A DNA stretch of 64,000 bases from NCBI GenBank assembly GCA_963666055.2, contig CAXWPH010000015.1, forward strand, positions 2,144,001 through 2,208,000, written 5' to 3'. Below are positions 30,611 through 40,040 of this stretch, piece by piece; within the stretch, counting starts at the first letter, position 1, and every line of letters starts with the position of its first letter. This DNA is from Acidobacteriota bacterium. Its GTDB lineage: Bacteria; Acidobacteriota; UBA890; WLXD01. The position numbers and the translations under genes were made by a program. Under the pieces are notes generated by a model. It had not been told where the DNA came from. It saw only the letters and a list, made by a program, of their open reading frames with translations, and did not search any database.

Positions 30611-31375
30611 CTAGTCGCTCTCCGGGCGCCAGCCGGTGCCGACCCACAGGTCAAGGATTCCGGCCAGCTCATGCAGGACCTTCTGACCGTCGTCGGTGTT
30701 TGTCCACCATCGATCCGGATCGAATGGATCGGCGCGCGCCCAGCGCAACGCACCTTCGATCGAGGCGTCGTCCGCCTCGCTCCAGAGCAGCCTGACGCGG
30801 CGCGAATGGGCCTTCGAGGTGACCAGGATCACGCTCGTGCGGCCCAGCAACTGCATCTCAGAGCGCAGGGCATCGATCTCGTCGCGTGTAGTCAAGACCG
30901 GCGCGTCCAGCAGCCGGATCGCGCCGGCCGGTACACCCATGCGTTGCAGTACTTGACGTTGCCAGTAGTGCGGCCCGGGAATGCGAACGCCGATGCGCTC
31001 CAGGGTACGGCTTCGCTTGGTCGGGACTAGCGAGGCGATCCAGACCTCGGGCGCGCGACCTTGGCCGTAGAGCTCTGCGGCTTCCATCGCCCGGTAAGGC
31101 ACATCGCCACCGTGAACGAAGATCACGTCGGCCTGACCGATCTCGTCCTCGACGACCAGCCAACCTCCGAGCGAACCCAGCAGCCATGGCCCGGCTTGGA
31201 ACAGGACGAAGAGCACGGTGGCAATCAGCATTGGCCATCGCCGCCAGCTCTGCGCCGGCCGCCTCTCGCCGGTGCGGGCTTCCGGGTCGACGGGCGGATG
31301 GCCGTCCGTCGAGTACGGAGCGGGGACCGCTGTTGCTGAGGATTCGGGTGGGCGATCGGTCTGTTCGGACTGCAT
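30611..31375 (-). CDS. YdcF/DUF218 (ElyC/SanA-like) envelope protein
   Basis: TM then ADVIFVHGG..R, GVP..AI, TTRDE, ILVTS..HSRR, HE; start uncertain. Confidence 0.8.
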   Translation of the reverse strand: MQSEQTDRPPESSATAVPAPYSTDGHPPVDPEARTGERRPAQSWRRWPMLIATVLFVLFQAGPWLLGSLGGWLVVEDEIGQADVIFVHGGDVPYRAMEAAELYGQGRAPEVWIASLVPTKRSRTLERIGVRIPGPHYWQRQVLQRMGVPAGAIRLLDAPVLTTRDEIDALRSEMQLLGRTSVILVTSKAHSRRVRLLWSEADDASIEGALRWARADPFDPDRWWTNTDDGQKVLHELAGILDLWVGTGWRPESD

Positions 31376-31459
31376 CCCCCGCAGCATAGACCACGCCAGC
31401 ACCGGTCGTCTTGGACGCTCTGACCGAAAGCAACGTATATATGCCAGGAGGGGAGTTTC

Positions 31460-32224
31460 ATGACCGACGAACATCGTCCCGAAAAGATTTTCCGTGTTCT
31501 GCGACGCAGTCGTGCGGCGGAGGCGAACTCCGAGGCGTTATGGCGTCGCATCGAGGCACGTCTGGAGCCACCGTCGCCGACGATGGCTAGCCGACTCTTG
31601 AGAGCACTGACGGCTGCAACTCGACGCCCCGGGCTGCGCTTTGCCGGTGCGGTTACGGCGATCACTGCAGTGGCGGTGGCGATTTGGTGGCAGCCGGCCC
31701 GGGTCGGCGAGATTCTTCCGCAGATCGCCATGCCGGCGCCCACTGCTGATGCCCCGGTATCGATGTGGGAGCTCGACGTTCGGTTGATTCGCGGATTTGA
31801 CGGTGCGCCGCCCGCCGACGTGCGCACGGAGGTTGTCGACGGCGCCGGCGGGGCCAGTCGGTTGGCGGATCTGCGCGCCGACTTCGCAGCGCTCGTGCGT
31901 TTCGAAGACTTCGGCCTGGTGGGCGAGTGGACCGGACAGGTACAGGTGGCAGGTGGCGACATGCCACTGTCCGCCAGTCGGGCCCTGGTGTTCGAGGTGG
32001 TGGGCGCCGACGCCGACAATGGTGCCCTGCAGCTGCGCAACGTCTGGCTCGAGGGCGAAGAGCGCTTGAAGGTCGCTTCCGAGATGACATTGACCCCAGG
32101 CGATCCGCACGTAATCAGCGTGCAGCCGGGCGCCGAAGTCGAGACTGGAGACTTGTTCCTGGTCATCGGCGTACGCGTCCGTCCGGCGCCGGCGACCCAA
32201 CCTGCGGACGGCCCGCAGCAATAA
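31460..32224 (+). CDS. Single-pass membrane protein, putative anti-sigma factor
   Basis: SD AGGAGG; LW.RI.ARL motif, one TM (FAGAVTAITAVAVAIWW), beta-rich periplasmic part. Confidence 0.4.
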   Translation: MTDEHRPEKIFRVLRRSRAAEANSEALWRRIEARLEPPSPTMASRLLRALTAATRRPGLRFAGAVTAITAVAVAIWWQPARVGEILPQIAMPAPTADAPVSMWELDVRLIRGFDGAPPADVRTEVVDGAGGASRLADLRADFAALVRFEDFGLVGEWTGQVQVAGGDMPLSASRALVFEVVGADADNGALQLRNVWLEGEERLKVASEMTLTPGDPHVISVQPGAEVETGDLFLVIGVRVRPAPATQPADGPQQ

Positions 32225-32240
32225 GTGAGAGCTCCGCGCG

Positions 32241-33518
32241 ATGCCTGAGTTTTGCTGCCGGGTCGGCGCGCCAAATGGCGCCATCGCCGAACGCTACGTC
32301 TCTGCGGTTTCGGCGGCGTCCGCACGCGAGCAGCTGGCCGCGGACGGCCTCGAGATATTCGACGTCGTCGAGGGCCGCGCCTACACTGCCCTGCCGACCT
32401 GGCGTAGGCTCGCGTCCATTCAGCTGGGTGGGGCATCCGCGGACTCGGGCCGACGGCTTTTCAGGCGTCGACGGACACACTTGGTACCGGCGGAGCTCTT
32501 GCTGTTGAACCAGGAGCTCGCGGCGCTGGTGAACGCCGGCCTACCGCTGCTTCGATGTGTCGACATCCTCCGCACGCGTCGCGCCGGCTCGGTGGTTGGC
32601 AGCATGCTCGATCGGGTTCGAGGGCTGCTTGCCGGCGGTGAGGGTATCTCCGGCGCGTTTCGACCCGAGATCGATCGGGTTCGGTTGCCCGAGCTATTTG
32701 TCACGTCGCTACAAGTCGGGGAGGCGAGCGGCGACCTGGCAACCGCGATCCGGCGTTACACGGCACACCTCGACAAGTCGTTGAAGCTTCGCGGGCGGGT
32801 TCGCGCTGCGATGATGTATCCGATGGTGCTGGCTGCCGTATCGCTGGTCGTCGTGCTCATCTTGCTGGTGATGGTCATCCCGCAGTTCGCCGAGTTTTAT
32901 GCCTCGTCGGGAGCCGAGCTGCCGTTCACGACGCGCGCCTTGCTGGGGATCGCGGGGGTCGTCTCGCGCTACGGCCTGTTGCTAGCGGGTTTCGCTGCGG
33001 TCGGATTCTTGGCGGTGCGCCGCTGGGCGCGAACGCCGGCCGGGAGAGAGTCGCTCGACGACATGAAACTGCGTGTCCCGGTGATCGGCACGCTGCAGTG
33101 CCGGTATTTCGGCCTCGAGACCGCGCGCACGCTATCCACGCTGCTGGGCGGCGGTGCCCCACTTGTGGCGGCGCTGCGCGTGACCGCCGAGGGTACCAGC
33201 AATCGCGCCTTCCGCCGCCGGCTCGTGCAGGTGTCCGAGCTGGTGACACAGGGCACGAGCCTGCATGTGGCCTTCGAGACCCACGCCCTTTTCGAGCCTC
33301 TCGGTCTCGAGATGGTGCAGGTCGGCGAATCAACCGGTGCACTCGAAGAGATGCTCGACCATATCGCGACGATGTACGACGACGTTCTCGATCGGCAGGT
33401 GACAACCGCTGTGAGTCTCATGGAGCCAGCGATGCTCGTTGGCATGGGCCTGCTCGTCGCCGGCATCCTGATGTCGCTCTACCTGCCATTGTTCCAAACG
33501 GTGCAGGTAGTAGGATGA
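32241..33518 (+). CDS. Type II secretion/T4P inner-membrane platform protein (GspF/PilC family)
   Basis: QELAALVNAGLPL, GEASGDL, AMMYP, GESTGAL.EML, EP. Confidence 0.92.
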   Translation: MPEFCCRVGAPNGAIAERYVSAVSAASAREQLAADGLEIFDVVEGRAYTALPTWRRLASIQLGGASADSGRRLFRRRRTHLVPAELLLLNQELAALVNAGLPLLRCVDILRTRRAGSVVGSMLDRVRGLLAGGEGISGAFRPEIDRVRLPELFVTSLQVGEASGDLATAIRRYTAHLDKSLKLRGRVRAAMMYPMVLAAVSLVVVLILLVMVIPQFAEFYASSGAELPFTTRALLGIAGVVSRYGLLLAGFAAVGFLAVRRWARTPAGRESLDDMKLRVPVIGTLQCRYFGLETARTLSTLLGGGAPLVAALRVTAEGTSNRAFRRRLVQVSELVTQGTSLHVAFETHALFEPLGLEMVQVGESTGALEEMLDHIATMYDDVLDRQVTTAVSLMEPAMLVGMGLLVAGILMSLYLPLFQTVQVVG

Positions 33519-35152
33519 GCGCGCCGATGGGTCCGCATGAGCACCGGGATCCCCTCGCCGGGGAGGGCGGCGCGAAGCTGCTATCAGCGCACGAACGGCG
33601 CGCCAGCGAGCTCGGTATTCCCTACGTTGACCTCGATGAGGTGCAGCTGGATCGTGCCCTCTTGGCACAAGTTCCGATTGAGCTGATGGTGCGGCACGCC
33701 TTCGTACCGCTATTCCGTACCGACGACGACTCGCTAGCGATCGCGATGTCCGAGCCCGCGGACGTAGCCGCGCTGAATGCGCTCGAGGGTCTTCTCGACA
33801 CGGCAGTCGCCGTACGCGCCGCCGCGCCCGATGCGGTCGAGCGCGCGCTTCGCCGCGCCGGTGCTGGCGAGCGCATCCTGGCTTCCGTCCAGCAGACCTT
33901 CGAGCCTGGCGGCGTCGCCGACGTCGAGGAGGAGGGCAGCCTGACGCTCGCGGGCCTCGCTACAGATGCCGGGCATCCGATCGTGCGGTTGGTCGATACG
34001 ACGCTGTTGAATGCTATTGAGCGCCGTGCCTCGGACATTCATGTCGAGACGCGCGACGACGCGGTATGGATCAAGTATCGCGTCGACGGAGTTCTGTACC
34101 CGGCCATGGACCCCATCGAGCTGCGCCACCACGATGCGATCCTGTCGCGCGTGAAGGTCATGTCGGATCTCGATATCGCCGAGAAACGCGTTCCTCAGGA
34201 CGGTCGATTCAAGCTCAACCTGCAAGGTCGGAAGGTTGACTTCCGGGTCTCGATCATGCCCTCGATCCACGGCGAGGACGCCGTCATCCGCATCCTCGAC
34301 AAGCAGTACCTGGCGGAGGAATTCTCTGAGCTTCGCCTCGACACGCTCGGCTTCACCGACGCCGACATGCTCAAGATCCGCAAGTACAGCCGGGAGCCAT
34401 ACGGCATGTTCCTGGTGACCGGCCCAACCGGTTCCGGCAAGACCACGACGCTGTACGCGGCGCTGTCGGAGATCCGCACCGAGGAGCAGAAGCTCATTAC
34501 GATCGAGGACCCGGTCGAGTACCAGCTTCCGGGCATCACCCAGATTCCGGTCAACGAGAAGAAGGGGCTGACGTTTGCGCGCGGCCTCCGGTCGGTGCTA
34601 CGGCACGATCCCGACATCATCATGGTCGGTGAGATTCGTGACCCGGAGACCGCCAACATCGCCGTGCAGTCGGCGTTGACGGGTCATCTCGTCTTTACCA
34701 CCGTCCACGCGAACAACGCGATCGACGTCATCGGCCGCCTGATGAACATGGAGGTCGAGGAATACCAGTTCGTGTCGGCACTCAACTGCGTTCTGGCGCA
34801 GCGACTGGTCAGACTGATCTGCAAACACTGCAAGCGCACCGTAGAGCCGAGTGCCACGCTGCTGCGGGACTCGGGGCTGAGCGCTGGTGATCTCGAGGAC
34901 GGGCCGTTGTACGAAGGTGCGGGCTGTGTCGAGTGCCGGAGTACGGGCTATTACGGTCGCACGGTGATTGCCGAGCTTCTGGATCTGTCAGACACGGTGC
35001 GGGAGATGATCCTGGCACGCCGTCCGACCTCCGAGATCAGGCGCCAAGCAGCCAGCGAGGGGATCAAGTTCCTGCGCGACTCGGCGCTCGAGAAGGTGAG
35101 AGCTGGTCTCACCACGCTGCAAGAAATCAACAAGGTGACGTTCGTCGACTGA
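33515..35152 (+). CDS. GspE/PilB-family assembly ATPase
   Basis: ASDIHVE, PQDGRF, GPTGSGKTT, RHDPDIIMVGEIRD, TGHLVFTTVH, CxxC pairs; ATG overlaps gspF stop. Confidence 0.95.
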   Translation: MSAPMGPHEHRDPLAGEGGAKLLSAHERRASELGIPYVDLDEVQLDRALLAQVPIELMVRHAFVPLFRTDDDSLAIAMSEPADVAALNALEGLLDTAVAVRAAAPDAVERALRRAGAGERILASVQQTFEPGGVADVEEEGSLTLAGLATDAGHPIVRLVDTTLLNAIERRASDIHVETRDDAVWIKYRVDGVLYPAMDPIELRHHDAILSRVKVMSDLDIAEKRVPQDGRFKLNLQGRKVDFRVSIMPSIHGEDAVIRILDKQYLAEEFSELRLDTLGFTDADMLKIRKYSREPYGMFLVTGPTGSGKTTTLYAALSEIRTEEQKLITIEDPVEYQLPGITQIPVNEKKGLTFARGLRSVLRHDPDIIMVGEIRDPETANIAVQSALTGHLVFTTVHANNAIDVIGRLMNMEVEEYQFVSALNCVLAQRLVRLICKHCKRTVEPSATLLRDSGLSAGDLEDGPLYEGAGCVECRSTGYYGRTVIAELLDLSDTVREMILARRPTSEIRRQAASEGIKFLRDSALEKVRAGLTTLQEINKVTFVD

Positions 35153-35161
35153 GGCGATGGC

Positions 35162-36073
35162 ATGGCGTACTGGGGGAGCAAAGAACGGGTGGCAATCGGT
35201 CTCGGGAAGGACCGACTACGCTTGCTGGTAGCGCGCGGAAACGGCTCCGTGCGTGTTGCCCACAGCGATTCGCGTGCGTTGCCACATGGCGCGCTGCGCA
35301 GTGGGCTGCGGGCCCCCGTCTCTGCCGACCGACAGGTGATTGCGGCGGCCCTGAATGAGCTGTTGGACGACGCGCGCGCCGCCGGTTTGTTGCGCCGCCG
35401 GCCCGACCTCGTCGCACTGGTGATTACCGATGGCTCGGTCAAGGTCGCAGCGGCACCGATCGAGGGCAAGATACCCGGAGCTGCCGAGGGTAGCCGCATG
35501 GCCCGTTGGGTGCTGCGCGAGTTGCTGCCTGCGGAGGCCGACACGGCACGCGTAGATTGGGCGATCATGGCCACGCCGGGAGCTGCCGCTGCCGAGCCCG
35601 ACCGCTGGATGCTGAGCGTTGGGGGCGATGCAGAATTACTGCGGGAGTACGAGGCCCTCGTTGATCCTTTCGGGTGGACGGTGGGACGTATCGTGCCCTG
35701 GACGCTTGCCGCCGCCTCGGTCGATTACGGCGACACGACGCAGGCGGAGAGCGACTCGGCGGACGCCGACGAGTCGCCTCGGCGGCTCATCTTGTGCGAG
35801 GCCGACGGCACGCTTGCCTGCTTGTTCGAGGCCGGCGGCGTGCCGCGATTCCACCGTGCGTGGCGCGCCCGGGTCGACGGTGATTGCGTTGCTGAGGAGC
35901 TGCCATCGCTGCGACGTTACGTAAACGACCACCTCGAAATGACCATCGGGCACGTGTGCTTGTGTGGCACAGTCGATTGGTCGACAGCGGTTGCGGCGGC
36001 TTGCGATGCGGTCGACCTGGAGGTGCGGCGCGTGAAACCCGAGGAAGCACTGGCCGGAGCGCTGCGCGGATGA
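35162..36073 (+). CDS. PilM/GspL-like cytoplasmic alignment protein
   Basis: Position after the ATPase; weak actin-like PilM pattern (EYE.L....G). Confidence 0.55.
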   Translation: MAYWGSKERVAIGLGKDRLRLLVARGNGSVRVAHSDSRALPHGALRSGLRAPVSADRQVIAAALNELLDDARAAGLLRRRPDLVALVITDGSVKVAAAPIEGKIPGAAEGSRMARWVLRELLPAEADTARVDWAIMATPGAAAAEPDRWMLSVGGDAELLREYEALVDPFGWTVGRIVPWTLAAASVDYGDTTQAESDSADADESPRRLILCEADGTLACLFEAGGVPRFHRAWRARVDGDCVAEELPSLRRYVNDHLEMTIGHVCLCGTVDWSTAVAAACDAVDLEVRRVKPEEALAGALRG

Positions 36074-36729
36074 GTCGCTTTCCGGTCAACCTGGCCGCGC
36101 AGCCGATCGAGAAGGTGCGCGCGGCGCGGCGGGCAGTAGCGTACGCGGCGGCGGCGACGCTGCTCGTGAGCCTGGCCCACCTGGCGTTTCTGGGGTGGGC
36201 AACGGGCGCAAGAGGCGTGCCGCAAGCGACGTCGCAGGCCTCCATCGACACATCAACGTTGGCACAGTGGCAGGCGGAGGTGGATCGCTTGGCCGCGGTT
36301 GCCGATGTGGAGCGCGCTCGTGCGGCTGGCGAGGCTGTCGCAAGCGGAAACCAGCTCATCGCCTGGAGAACAATCCCTTGGCGCTCGATCTTCGCGGACC
36401 TGGAGCAGGTGCTGCCGCAGCGTGCGCGCCTCGAGGTGGTGGCGCCTGGAATCGATGGCGACGGGGCAGTGCGGATCCAGATGACGGCCGCCGCGACTGA
36501 CCCGGGCCCCTTGCAGGACCTGTTGCTGGAACTCGAGTTGCACCCGGCCTTTGAGCAGGCCTGGCCAGACCGTGAAGAGACGCTTCCGGACGGATCGTCG
36601 CGGATGACGTTGCGGGCGCTTTACGTACGTCGCGGCGAGCCCGAGGCGGACGCGGATACGGGGCCCACCGAGGCACCCCCTCCGACTACCCGGCAGGCAT
36701 CCTCCGGAATCGACCAGGACGAGCAATGA
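36070..36729 (+). CDS. PilN-like protein
   Basis: N-terminal VNLA motif, one TM, W..IF.DLEQVLP..RL; ATGA coupling. Confidence 0.7.
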   Translation: MSRFPVNLAAQPIEKVRAARRAVAYAAAATLLVSLAHLAFLGWATGARGVPQATSQASIDTSTLAQWQAEVDRLAAVADVERARAAGEAVASGNQLIAWRTIPWRSIFADLEQVLPQRARLEVVAPGIDGDGAVRIQMTAAATDPGPLQDLLLELELHPAFEQAWPDREETLPDGSSRMTLRALYVRRGEPEADADTGPTEAPPPTTRQASSGIDQDEQ

Positions 36730-37847
36730 TCGACTCCCGCAGATCACGTTGGTTGCGCTCGAGCTCCGAGGTCGGATCGTTGTCGATCGATCTAGGCCCG
36801 GGGTGGAACCTCGTCCGACCACAGCTCTTCGGGGTCATTCTGTTGCTGGCTGCCAACCTGGCGGTTTTCTTGGGAGTTACGTGGCCGCGCTGGAGCTCGA
36901 GCGCCGCAGTCGATACGGCGTCGCGCCAAGGCGTTGCCGCGCAGGCAGCGCTGGGGCCGTCACTGGAGCGTGCACGCCGCATCTACGGCCGCGTGCTGAA
37001 TGCCGAGTCAGGAGTCACGGAGCTTCGCGAACGTATCGGTGGCGGCGCGGTGTCGGAAGTCGTGTCGACGTTGCGAGCGGCAGTGGACGCTGCCGGCCTC
37101 GGCGCAGTCCGTATCGGTTATGCGGTGCAGCCGGTGCCAGAGCTCGGGCTGATGCAACTGCAGATCGACCTGCCGCTACGCGGCAGCTACCGGCAGCTAC
37201 GTCGGTTTCTCGACGAGGTGTTGGCCGGCCCGATGTTCGTGGTGCTCGAGCGCATCGGCGCGTCAACGCCCTCGCTAAACGATCCAACTGGGCAGCTCTT
37301 ACTGTCGACGACAGCCTCGGTATTTGTGCGAGCCGCCGACGATAGTGCGGAACCGTCGGTCGTCACCGCCTCGCCGATCGAGATAGATGATCCGCTGGCG
37401 CTGGCGAGCTCGCTGGCAGCGCGTCTGCAGGCCTTACCGACCATCCCGGTGTCGGCAGAGGAGCTCGAGCTGCGATTGGAGCAACTAGATACGCCGTTGC
37501 CCGCCAAGACCCAGACGCGCCGGAACCTCTTCGCGTTTCCGCTACAGGTGACGGTGGCCGAGCTCGGTCCGGAGGAAGCCCTCGCGGCGCTCGCCGAACA
37601 GTTCATTCCTGATCCGGTGACCCCGTATCAGCTCATCGGCGTCACGCGTACCCGCGATGGGTTGCTGGCAACGCTCACCGGTGACGATCGGGTGTTGCTG
37701 GTGCGCCACGGCGAGCTGCTGCCGGATGGCTATCGCGTCGCCCACGTCGATCTTACCAGCGTGGAGCTGGAAGCAGGCAATGAAACCACGCGGCTGTCGC
37801 TGCGAAGAGACGAGAACCCCGGAGAGTTAACGGAGCGAGACCGATGA
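36726..37847 (+). CDS. PilO-like domain fused to a PilP/GspC-like domain
   Basis: TM plus LPLRGSYRQLRRFL (PilO); C-terminal RRNLF...YQLIGV...V..GE....YRV..V (PilP/GspC HR-like). Confidence 0.6.
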   Translation: MIDSRRSRWLRSSSEVGSLSIDLGPGWNLVRPQLFGVILLLAANLAVFLGVTWPRWSSSAAVDTASRQGVAAQAALGPSLERARRIYGRVLNAESGVTELRERIGGGAVSEVVSTLRAAVDAAGLGAVRIGYAVQPVPELGLMQLQIDLPLRGSYRQLRRFLDEVLAGPMFVVLERIGASTPSLNDPTGQLLLSTTASVFVRAADDSAEPSVVTASPIEIDDPLALASSLAARLQALPTIPVSAEELELRLEQLDTPLPAKTQTRRNLFAFPLQVTVAELGPEEALAALAEQFIPDPVTPYQLIGVTRTRDGLLATLTGDDRVLLVRHGELLPDGYRVAHVDLTSVELEAGNETTRLSLRRDENPGELTERDR

Positions 37848-40036
37848 GCTTGAAAGAACACGTGGTCATACCCAGGGATCGGCGGCACCATCTGGCGGCG
37901 ATTATCTGCGTCCTCGTCCTCCTGGTAGGGGCGACAGCATGCGCCAGTGGAAGCAGCCCGCTGAACCGAGCCGACGCGCACGCCCGCATCGGCGAGTGGG
38001 ACACGGCCATCGTCTACTACCAGCGGGTGCTCAAGAACGATCCCGGTAACCGCACGGCACGTTCGAAGCTGCTGCTGGCGCAGACCAATGCCTCGCAGTT
38101 CCATCGCGTTCAAGGGAAGGCGCTGGCCGAGGGCGGAGATCTGCAGCGCGCACAGCTCGAGCTCGAGCTTGCCGTGCGGCTGGATCGCACCAATCAAGCT
38201 GCGGTTGTCGAGCTGCGCAAGGTGAGCGAGGCGGTGGAAGCAGAGCGGCTCAGTCGCGACGAGCAACGGACGGCCATCGAACGGGCGGTCGACGCATCGA
38301 TGGATGCCCCTGCGCCATTACCCGAGCTCGAGCACCACGCCATCGGCCGAATGTCATTCGACTATCGCCGCGCCAGGATCAAAGACATCTACCGTGCTAT
38401 GGGCCGTCTGGGCGGTATCAACATGCTGTTCGACAGAGACGTCGACAACCCCAACACATCGTTCTTTCTCGCCGACGTCACGTACGAGCGCGCGCTCGAG
38501 ATTCTGACCGCGGCGCACGGCCACTTCTACCGGGTGATGGCGGCCAATACGATCCTTATCGCCGAAGATACGCAGCAGAAGCGGCGGCAGTACGAGCCAC
38601 AGGTGATGCGAACGTTCTATCTCTCAAATGGCGACGCGGAACAGATCGCCAGCACGTTGCAGACCATTCTCGGAGCGCGCCAGGTCATGCCCACGCCGAC
38701 GCTCAACGCCGTCACGATCCGAGACTCCGCGGAGTTGGTCGAGGTCGCCGAGCGGTTGATCAAGTCGCTTGACAAAGCTGGCGGCGAAGTGCTGCTCAAC
38801 GTGGAGATTTTCGAGGTCAACCGGTCGGTGATGGACGACTATGGCCTGTCGCTGCAGCCGGACTATTCAACCACCGCGTCGATTGGCCAGACGGAAGCCG
38901 GCATCTCGTTGGCCGATCTGGGGAGCCTCACCACTCAGAACGCCTTTCTCACGATCCCGTCGTTGCGCTATCAGTTCATGAAGCAGGACTCGTCGTTCCG
39001 GCTCATCGCGCAACCGCAGCTGCGAGCCTCCGACGGCCAGATATCGTCGCTGCTGGTCGGCGAGCAACGGCCGATTATCAGCACCACGTTCAACCCCACG
39101 AGTACCGTAGGCGGCAATGTGGTTCCGATCTCCTCCACGGAGTACCGCGATGTCGGCATCGTTATCGATGCCACGCCGCGCGTCCATCATGACGGCACGA
39201 TCACGCTGCAGCTCGTGCTCCAGGTGACGGCGGTGCAGGAGGGGAGCGGCGCCCTGGAACAGCCCGTGTTCACTGCGCGCACGTTGACGACGACGTTGCG
39301 CCTGATGGAGGGCGAGACCAACCTGTTGGCCGGGCTGCTCCGCGACGACGAGCGCACTGTGTACACAGGCCTGCCGATCCTGTCCGAGATTCCGGTGCTC
39401 AAGCATCTCTTTGGCAGCACCTCGAAGACTGTTCTGCAGACCGACATCGTGATGTCGATCACGCCGTATATCGTGCGCATGGCCGATATCACCGAGGCCG
39501 ACCTCGCAGCGGTTTACGTCGGCACCGAGGATGCGATCAGCGGCGGCGGAGGCCGACGCGGCGGCCGAAGTCGGTCAGGTCAAGACGAAGACAGTGATTT
39601 CGAGGCCGGCGATGCCGATCCGATTCTCGTCAGCCTGATGCCCGCTGATCAGAACGCCCAGGTGGGCCAGACGCTGAGCGTCGATGTCATGACGGACGGC
39701 GACGCCGATATCAACAACGTCGGGCTGCGGGTGAACTGGAACCCACAGGTGCTGCAATTTGTGGAAGCCAGGGAGGGTAACCTCCTGAGCTCCGACGGCT
39801 CGGAGACCACCTTCTCGAGCAGCGCGGCCACTCAGGGCACGGTGGCGATCGGGATTGGACGCGTCGGGCAAGTGGGTGGAATACGGGCTCGCGGCGTGCT
39901 TGCGACCCTCAATTTCCGCGTTGTCGGCGCGGGTCAGACGCCGGTACAGATCATCTCGGCGGCGCTACGCGACTCTGAGGGGCGTCCGCTGCCCGTGGCG
40001 TTCCGGGCCGCTGCGGTCGAGGTGCAGGAGGATTGA
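37844..40036 (+). CDS. Secretin (GspD/PilQ family) with N-terminal TPR and C-terminal cohesin-like domain
   Basis: Lipoprotein-like signal (GATAC), TPR helices, RTFYLSN, PQLRASDG, YRDVG..ATPRVH, GETNLLAGL, GLPILSEIPVLKHLF; beta-sandwich tail G.LA.L.F. Confidence 0.9.
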   Translation: MSLKEHVVIPRDRRHHLAAIICVLVLLVGATACASGSSPLNRADAHARIGEWDTAIVYYQRVLKNDPGNRTARSKLLLAQTNASQFHRVQGKALAEGGDLQRAQLELELAVRLDRTNQAAVVELRKVSEAVEAERLSRDEQRTAIERAVDASMDAPAPLPELEHHAIGRMSFDYRRARIKDIYRAMGRLGGINMLFDRDVDNPNTSFFLADVTYERALEILTAAHGHFYRVMAANTILIAEDTQQKRRQYEPQVMRTFYLSNGDAEQIASTLQTILGARQVMPTPTLNAVTIRDSAELVEVAERLIKSLDKAGGEVLLNVEIFEVNRSVMDDYGLSLQPDYSTTASIGQTEAGISLADLGSLTTQNAFLTIPSLRYQFMKQDSSFRLIAQPQLRASDGQISSLLVGEQRPIISTTFNPTSTVGGNVVPISSTEYRDVGIVIDATPRVHHDGTITLQLVLQVTAVQEGSGALEQPVFTARTLTTTLRLMEGETNLLAGLLRDDERTVYTGLPILSEIPVLKHLFGSTSKTVLQTDIVMSITPYIVRMADITEADLAAVYVGTEDAISGGGGRRGGRSRSGQDEDSDFEAGDADPILVSLMPADQNAQVGQTLSVDVMTDGDADINNVGLRVNWNPQVLQFVEAREGNLLSSDGSETTFSSSAATQGTVAIGIGRVGQVGGIRARGVLATLNFRVVGAGQTPVQIISAALRDSEGRPLPVAFRAAAVEVQED

Positions 40037-40040
40037 CGTG

